From Mustelus asterias (lineage: Eukaryota), in NCBI RefSeq assembly GCF_964213995.1, contig NW_027590119.1, forward strand, positions 2,852,001 to 2,916,000: a stretch of DNA of 64,000 nt, given 5' to 3'. A program made the position numbers and the translations under genes. This document shows, one piece after another, positions 60,882 through 64,000 of this stretch. Under the pieces are notes generated by a model. The model ran no database searches. It had not been told where the DNA came from and saw nothing but the letters and a program-made list of their open reading frames with translations. Within the stretch, counting starts at the first letter, position 1. Each line of letters starts with the position of its first letter.

Positions 60882-61517
60882 GGAATCAAATTGTTGTCTA
60901 ATTGTCCCAGCAGATAACAGGTTCCTTTGAACTCTCCAGCTGCTACTTTAATGCAGACTTTAACCAATTTATTTTGAGCTGGTTTCTGTTCAATAAACTG
61001 GCACTGACACACAAACACATTAAAATATTTTAGACTTTTCTGCATTTTCAGTCTGGAAATCTAATCCTGCCATTTCACTCTCAGTCAGGAACAGATCCCA
61101 GTTTTGCACCAATCTCTGATTTAGCAGCATGCTTCCAGCATTCACTGTTGTTCTTCCTGACTCTAAACACAGTTGTAAAGGAACTTCTGTTCCTGGTCTA
61201 GGAGCGCTGAAACATAGAAGGGAGTGACTGAGATTCTTGCACATCTCAGGATTAAACCACACGGGTACTTTGCTGTCGTGAAGAGAGACGAGGAAGAGCA
61301 AAGTGCTGTTTGTCCCTCTGTGACCCTGAAGGACTGCGTCCTGTTTGCCATATGATCCACCCCCGATTGTCTTTTCTGAGCTCCAGCCTGGTGATGTTAA
61401 ACAGTCAGGTGGGAAAGACAAAAATCTACAACAATTTTAAAAAACAAAGCTGGTCTATTTCATATTTATTCAGAATATTAAACCTCAACGGATGAAGACT
61501 GTCAGAGTGAACACGAT

Positions 61518-62498
61518 TCAGTCCTGGATATGATTAACAGCATCATTAAGAGTAGAATCCAAACCTTGCAGTCGTTTGTGAACTCGCTGGTGTGTTAGCA
61601 GGTGGGATGACTGAATAAATCCCTTTCCACAGACATTACAGGTGAACGGCCTCTCCCCAGTGTGAACTCGCTGGTGTTTCAGAAGATAAGATAAATGAGA
61701 AAATCCCTTCCCACAGACAGAGCAGGTAAGTGGCCTCTCCGCACTGTGAACTTTCTGGTGTGTCAGCAGGTTGGATGACTGACTGAATCCCTTCCCACAC
61801 ACAGAGCAGGTGAACGGCCTCTCCCCAGTGTGAACTCGCTGGTGATTCAATAAGTTGGATGAACGAGTGAATCCCTTCCCACAGTCTGAGCAGGTGAAGG
61901 GCCTCTCCCCAGTGTGAATTCTCTGGTGGTTCAATAGGGCAGATGGACGGCTGAATCCCTTCCCACACACACAGCAGGTGAATGGCCTCTCCCCAGTGTG
62001 AGCATATTGGTGCGTTAGCAGATCCTTTTTATTTTTAAAGCTCTTCGCACAGTGGGAACAATTAAAAAGTTTGTTATCAGAGTGAACAAGTTGATGTGTC
62101 TGCAAGTGGGATGACTGAATGAATCCTTTCCCACACACAGAGCAGGTGAACGGTCTCTCCCCAGTGTGAATTCGTTGGTGTGTCAGCAGATCCTTTTTGC
62201 ATTTAAAACTCTTCTCACAGTCAGAACATGTAAACATTCTCTCATCAGTGTGAACAAGTTGGTGTGTCACAATGTGGGATGAGCGAGTGAATCCCTTCCC
62301 ACACACAGGGCAGGTGAACGGCCTCTCCCCAGTGTGAACCCGTTGGTGTGTCAGAAGGTTGTATGAATGGGTGAATCCCTTCCCACAGACGGAGCAGGTG
62401 AACGGTCTCTCCCCAGTGTGACTGCGCCGATGAACTTCCAGTTGTGATGGGAAACCGAATCCCTTCCCACAATCCACACATTTCCACGGTTTCTCCAT
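61518..62498 (-). CDS. C2H2 zinc-finger protein, 11 fingers (unit 9), close paralog of unit 6
   Basis: 326-aa ORF, shorter than unit 6 by exactly 56 aa (two fingers). Confidence 0.92.
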   Translation of the reverse strand: MEKPWKCVDCGKGFGFPSQLEVHRRSHTGERPFTCSVCGKGFTHSYNLLTHQRVHTGERPFTCPVCGKGFTRSSHIVTHQLVHTDERMFTCSDCEKSFKCKKDLLTHQRIHTGERPFTCSVCGKGFIQSSHLQTHQLVHSDNKLFNCSHCAKSFKNKKDLLTHQYAHTGERPFTCCVCGKGFSRPSALLNHQRIHTGERPFTCSDCGKGFTRSSNLLNHQRVHTGERPFTCSVCGKGFSQSSNLLTHQKVHSAERPLTCSVCGKGFSHLSYLLKHQRVHTGERPFTCNVCGKGFIQSSHLLTHQRVHKRLQGLDSTLNDAVNHIQD

Positions 62499-63349
62499 GG
62501 TGCGGGTGTCCTTGTGTTTCTCCAGGTTGGATGATCAGTTCAAGCCTCATCCACACACACAACATACACGTAGTTTCACCCTGCTGTGAACTGTGATGTT
62601 TTTTCAGGCTGTGTAACTGGTTAAAGCTCTTTCCACAGTCGGTTCACTGGAACACTCTCACTCGGGTGTGTGTTTGTCTCGATGCTTTTCCGGTCACACT
62701 GATGTTTAATTTCTTTGCCCACAGGCAGAACAGACAAATATTTCTCTTTCTATATTCAAAGACCAATGATATTCAGCTCCGAAGGAACTGAATGACTTTG
62801 TCAGATGTGATGTCCGGTTTGAATTTTCTGTCTGCCAATCTTTCACTTCCAATATCCTGTAAAAACAGTTTAGAAAAGTCATCACTGTCAGAACACGATA
62901 GAAACTCTGAACAGACAATTCTAGTTCGTCTGGAACATTTTTTCCTCTCTTGTTCCCCCAAATCTGTAAATCTCCGTCCCACACACTCTCCCTCCTCCCT
63001 GGGCTGAAATCCAAATCCATCTCACCATTTCTTTCCTCCACTCCCAGTTTTCTCCCTCCCTCTCCTCTGTCTGGGTTCAGTTCTCCAGCTCCTGTCTGCA
63101 GACTGACAATAAAACCAATGGGTCTTATTGGGGGTGTTGGGGCCTCCAGCGGGTGTTTGTGAATCCTCCCCGCCCACCTCCCAGGGTTTCCTTCCTTCCC
63201 AGAGATCAGAGTCCTCATTGATTTGAGGCCAAAGTGTAACCTCTTATTTATTGTCCCCCTCCCCCATCCTCTGATGTGAACCATCCTCCAGTGGCTGAGC
63301 CAGGATGGGGCCGTTAACCTGGGCCTGTTCCCGGGAGGGAGGGAGGGAG

Positions 63350-63746
63350 AAGCCCCGCAGCTGCAAACCAGGGAGCTGACAATGATTCTGAAGGGTTTGC
63401 GGATCCACAAAGTGTTTCCAAATCCTCCCAGCCACCGCCTAACGCTGACTCCGCTTCTCCGGGACAAACAAGCGCCAAGGACAGCAATGACACTGCGCAT
63501 GCTCCACATCACAATGCCCGGGAGCTGATTGACGCCAGCTCCGGACCAATAGGAAGAGGGGGCGGGACTGGAGGACCGAGCGGGAGCGGCTGGTCCTCCA
63601 ACCAATCGGAGTGAATGAGGGGCGGGACCTGAAGCATGCGCAGTGCGGGTAATGGCGGCGGCGGACGGACGGTTTCAACTTGGAAGCGAGAACAATACAA
63701 GGTAGAGGGCGGCGCGCGGGGAATGATAAATGTGGCGGGTGGGTGG
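63350..63746. promoter_or_regulatory. CpG-island promoter of unit 9
   Basis: Near-identical to 43850-44244. Confidence 0.7.
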
Positions 63747-64000
63747 CCTTCAAAAAGAATACGGCCCGGCCGGACATCTTAGAGGCCGCGACAATGGCTG
63801 AGGGGCCGACAACCCCAGCCATTGCCTTGACACAGGCCTCGATGGACATGTCGGGGTGGGCGTAGCACTTAACCCCGAGCTGCCGCGTGAGCAACGAAAA
63901 AGGTGGCAGGGCCTTGGGAGCGGCGGGGGCTCTGGTAGCCGCCACGCCCGCATAGGTGGGCCGAGAAGGCTCTGCCACGGCAGGGCGTATAAGAGGAGGG
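63747..64000 (-). mobile_element. Tx1-clade LINE ORF1 N-terminal fragment (runs off the window)
   Basis: TYAGVAA..LTRQLGVKC..MSIEACVKAMAGVVGPSAIVAASKMSGRAVFFLK, typical of the Tx1 ORF1 start. Confidence 0.8.

Larger units (their letters stand above)
60880..63746. repeat. Segmental duplication copy B (ZNF unit 9 cassette)
   Basis: Collinear with 41200-44244. Confidence 0.95.

Noticed and set aside
62706-63605. 299-aa ORF (and 237-aa paralog at 43393-44106)
   Set aside because: Runs through promoter and intron from a non-ATG start, has no domain, and is frameshifted between the copies.

Overview
Eukaryotic, non-mammalian vertebrate DNA, almost certainly a shark or other elasmobranch (HE1/V-SINEs, Deu-domain SINE, abundant CR1 and Penelope elements). 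The window is a repeat-dense cluster of nine paralogous finger-only C2H2 zinc-finger units. Seven have complete arrays of 5-15 fingers and two are broken at a shared G-rich junction. Three pairs sit head-to-head around CpG-rich promoters. Near the right end lies an intact T-cell-receptor V-alpha/delta-type segment (leader, intron, V exon, 23-RSS, CRE promoter). A second, orphan 23-RSS has had its V replaced by a duplicated ZNF cassette, exactly where a cryptic FR3 heptamer would be cut. Mobile DNA includes a very young Mag-type Gypsy element (identical 295-bp LTRs, YLDN RT motif, no tRNA PBS but a 13-nt self-complementary one) knocked out by a SINE. Two different non-LTR insertions, one clearly Tx1, end at the same splice-donor sequence (CCAACATCT|GTGAGT) in two ZNF paralogs. 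Penelope termini carry minimal hammerhead ribozymes, and there are several solo LTRs and many CR1/Rex1/SINE fragments. All calls are by eye. Repeat boundaries are approximate unless a TSD or motif is quoted.
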